The translations under genes and the position numbers were made by a program. 64,000 nt of DNA. Source: Felis catus (lineage: Eukaryota). Numbering within the stretch: the stretch's first letter is position 1; every line of letters starts with the position of its first letter. The notes beneath the pieces are model-generated. The model had not been told where the DNA came from. It was given only the letters and a program-made list of their open reading frames with translations, and searched no databases. Shown here piece by piece: positions 62,061 to 64,000 of the stretch. Location: NCBI RefSeq assembly GCF_018350175.1, contig NC_058368.1, positions 38,442,001 through 38,506,000 on the forward strand. The letters run 5' to 3'.

Positions 62061-63329
62061 ACCTCCCGAAGAATTGTTCCCCAACAATCACAAGTAGACA
62101 AAATGCCGAGAAAGGAAAGGCAAGTTGCTATGAGAACACGTAAGAAGGGCACAAAACCCATCTGAGGGCCCCCTGAGGCTTCCTCAAGAAGTTGCTGTTG
62201 AAACTGGAATCTGAGAAAAAGATGATTAAGTGAAGAAAAGCAGGGGAAAAATAACTTCAGGCAGCAGCCCAGGACATTTTTATTTCTTTATCTTTACCCA
62301 GGTTATAAACACATTTGTAAAAATAACAGCTTATTTATATAAAGATCATGTACGAAGGTGGAGAGGCAGAAAATAAAAGGCACAAGGGTCAGGTATGGGT
62401 GGAAAGAAAAGCAAGAATGGAAGAATGTCATGAGGTGACTATCATCGCAAGTAGATGACAAGTCTTGCAGGACCCTATGGGTCATGATTGGACATTCAAA
62501 TTCATTCCAAAATAATGGGGACACAATTGAAAGAATTTAAGCAGGAGAGAGGCATCATCAGTTTTATTTTCTGAGGAAAGACTCAGAAAGTGGTACAGTG
62601 TCTAAAAATCTTGAAGAAGAAAAAAAAGGATTTCTTTTTTACAGAGATGAAAAAGAAAGATGAATTCAGCTTGTGTTGAAGTTTTGTTTAGTTCCTTGAG
62701 TTGTGTTATTTTAAAAATGACAACTGATCCCGAACTGAAAATTTTGGTTACGGTGTTCTTAAGTGTCACCTATAGACCATAATACAATTATTGATACATC
62801 ATGCAGGAAAAGACTGTGGAGTGAAAACATAGGACTTGGACTAAAGTTTGAGAAATGAAAAAAAAAAAAAAGAAAGTAGATAAGTATGTGGCAGAGGAGG
62901 AAAAGAGAGGAGTCTACAGAAAGACATTGAGAGAGGAAAGAAAGAAAACCAGGGGATTGTGTTAAAATGAAAGGAAATTCAAAAAAGTGTTTCCAATTTC
63001 CATCTTCAAGCCTCAACTAACCAAATCTTCTCTTATGTTTTCTTATGCTATCTTCCTTATCTTTTGATCCACCCAATATCTTTCTCGATTTATGAGAAAT
63101 TAACTTTATTCTCAATTTTCCAAATATACCAGTTCAGTATCCTTTGCTAGCTTGCTCTCCAATATCATATTTTCACAGTCACATTTTACATAGTCATAAT
63201 TTAACCTTTTTAGAAAGTTGACTGTTTCTTGTAAAAATATACCGATGTTCCCCTGTGTCTGCCAGAAATTCTAAGAACCCCTGTCAGGTTTGGGATGCAA
63301 TCACTCCCTGGAAGATTCATGAGACTATG

Positions 63330-63472
63330 AGGCAGAGGTGCAGGCTGTTAAATTCCAAGTCTGCCACTTAACCTATAATATGTCCTCAGGCATAAACTAT
63401 GCACCTCGATTTCCCTGTACGAAAAATAGGATAATTATACCTTTACAAAGATTGTTAATAAGTCTTAGAGGG
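63330..63472 (+). mobile_element. MIR
   Basis: tctgccactta, cctc..tttccc, aaaataggataat.atacct. Confidence 0.55.
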
Positions 63473-64000
63473 CCAATATTTAACATGGAATGGTGCATAT
63501 TTTAGAAGGGCAAATCAGAGAGAGTGGGGTTTGGCATTTATTGGATGCCTTTTAAATGCCAGGTATCCGGGAAAATAAGGAAAATTGGTTCAGAGTCTGA
63601 ATGAATTAGGTTGCTTAAAGTCCATGTGAGAATTTTCACTTCATACATTTTGAAATCAATAATTATACATACCTAAAGTATTATACATACAAAACCTATG
63701 TGTTATATATTTGTACCTACATCTACCTATATCTACCTAGTATGGACATGTACTAGATAGATAAGCAATCATATATAAAATATGGTTTCTATGCCTAACT
63801 CTACAAACACACCGATAGCATTCTTAGTGTATGCTGAATGAAAGCTACTCTGTATTATTTCTGCTGTAGTTCATTGAAAACCATTAAAGAGAAAGGATAG
63901 TTGGAGAATAGAAACAACCATTGCTTAACAGTATGTTTTCAATTCTGCTCAGAACAAAAATAGTCTCAACATATTTGCAGGTTGTAATTATGACTGGATA

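Larger units (their letters stand above)
61082..62086 (-). mobile_element. MER74/MER54/MER73-like ERVL LTR, split by L1MB and an A-rich repeat
   Basis: tgtcaaaaa...ctgagat.ttaccctac.tgcaagc.aacaagtta.cctgccacagtttc...gagactcctgggtcagag; ends gaattgt..cccaaca. Confidence 0.8.
60955..62590 (-). mobile_element. L2, interrupted by an LTR
   Basis: tcaacaaatatttgttg (3' end) on the left; gcttcctcaagaag...ttga.actgga.tctga and ttgaaagaatttaagcaggagag..gcat.atcag.ttt on the right. Confidence 0.65.

Noticed and set aside
35119..62086. Two co-oriented MER74-like LTRs as the ends of one provirus
   Set aside because: About 25 kb apart, with older elements (CR1, L2, MIR) between them and no internal retroviral genes
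1..64000. All ORFs in the supplied track as protein-coding genes
   Set aside because: They are 60-147 aa, mostly inside SINEs, L1, LTRs or microsatellites, and resemble no cellular protein I recognise; no consistent exon chain

Overview
AT-rich, CpG-depleted mammalian DNA from a felid, most likely domestic cat. The evidence is about 32 Can-SINE copies of the feline (SINEC_Fc-like) type and carnivore/feline L1 3' ends. I can support no protein-coding exon, RNA gene, CpG island or prokaryotic feature. The listed ORFs are short; they fall in SINE, L1, LTR or microsatellite sequence or resemble no protein I recognise. The window reads as intergenic or deep intronic sequence. It is a layered record of transposons: Can-SINEs (several nested, most with target-site duplications, TSDs), L1 fragments (one 5'-inverted, one internally deleted), MIR, L2 and CR1 relics, MER58- and MER82-like DNA transposons, several solo LTRs, and a decayed ERV env + 3' LTR remnant. 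Family names come from my recall of consensus sequences and need RepeatMasker/Dfam confirmation. I found no convincing new biological system. The best leads are the env remnant, a readable CR1 reverse-transcriptase relic, an unassigned ~0.86 kb insert in an LTR, several odd retrotransposition junctions and a small inverted-repeat cluster.
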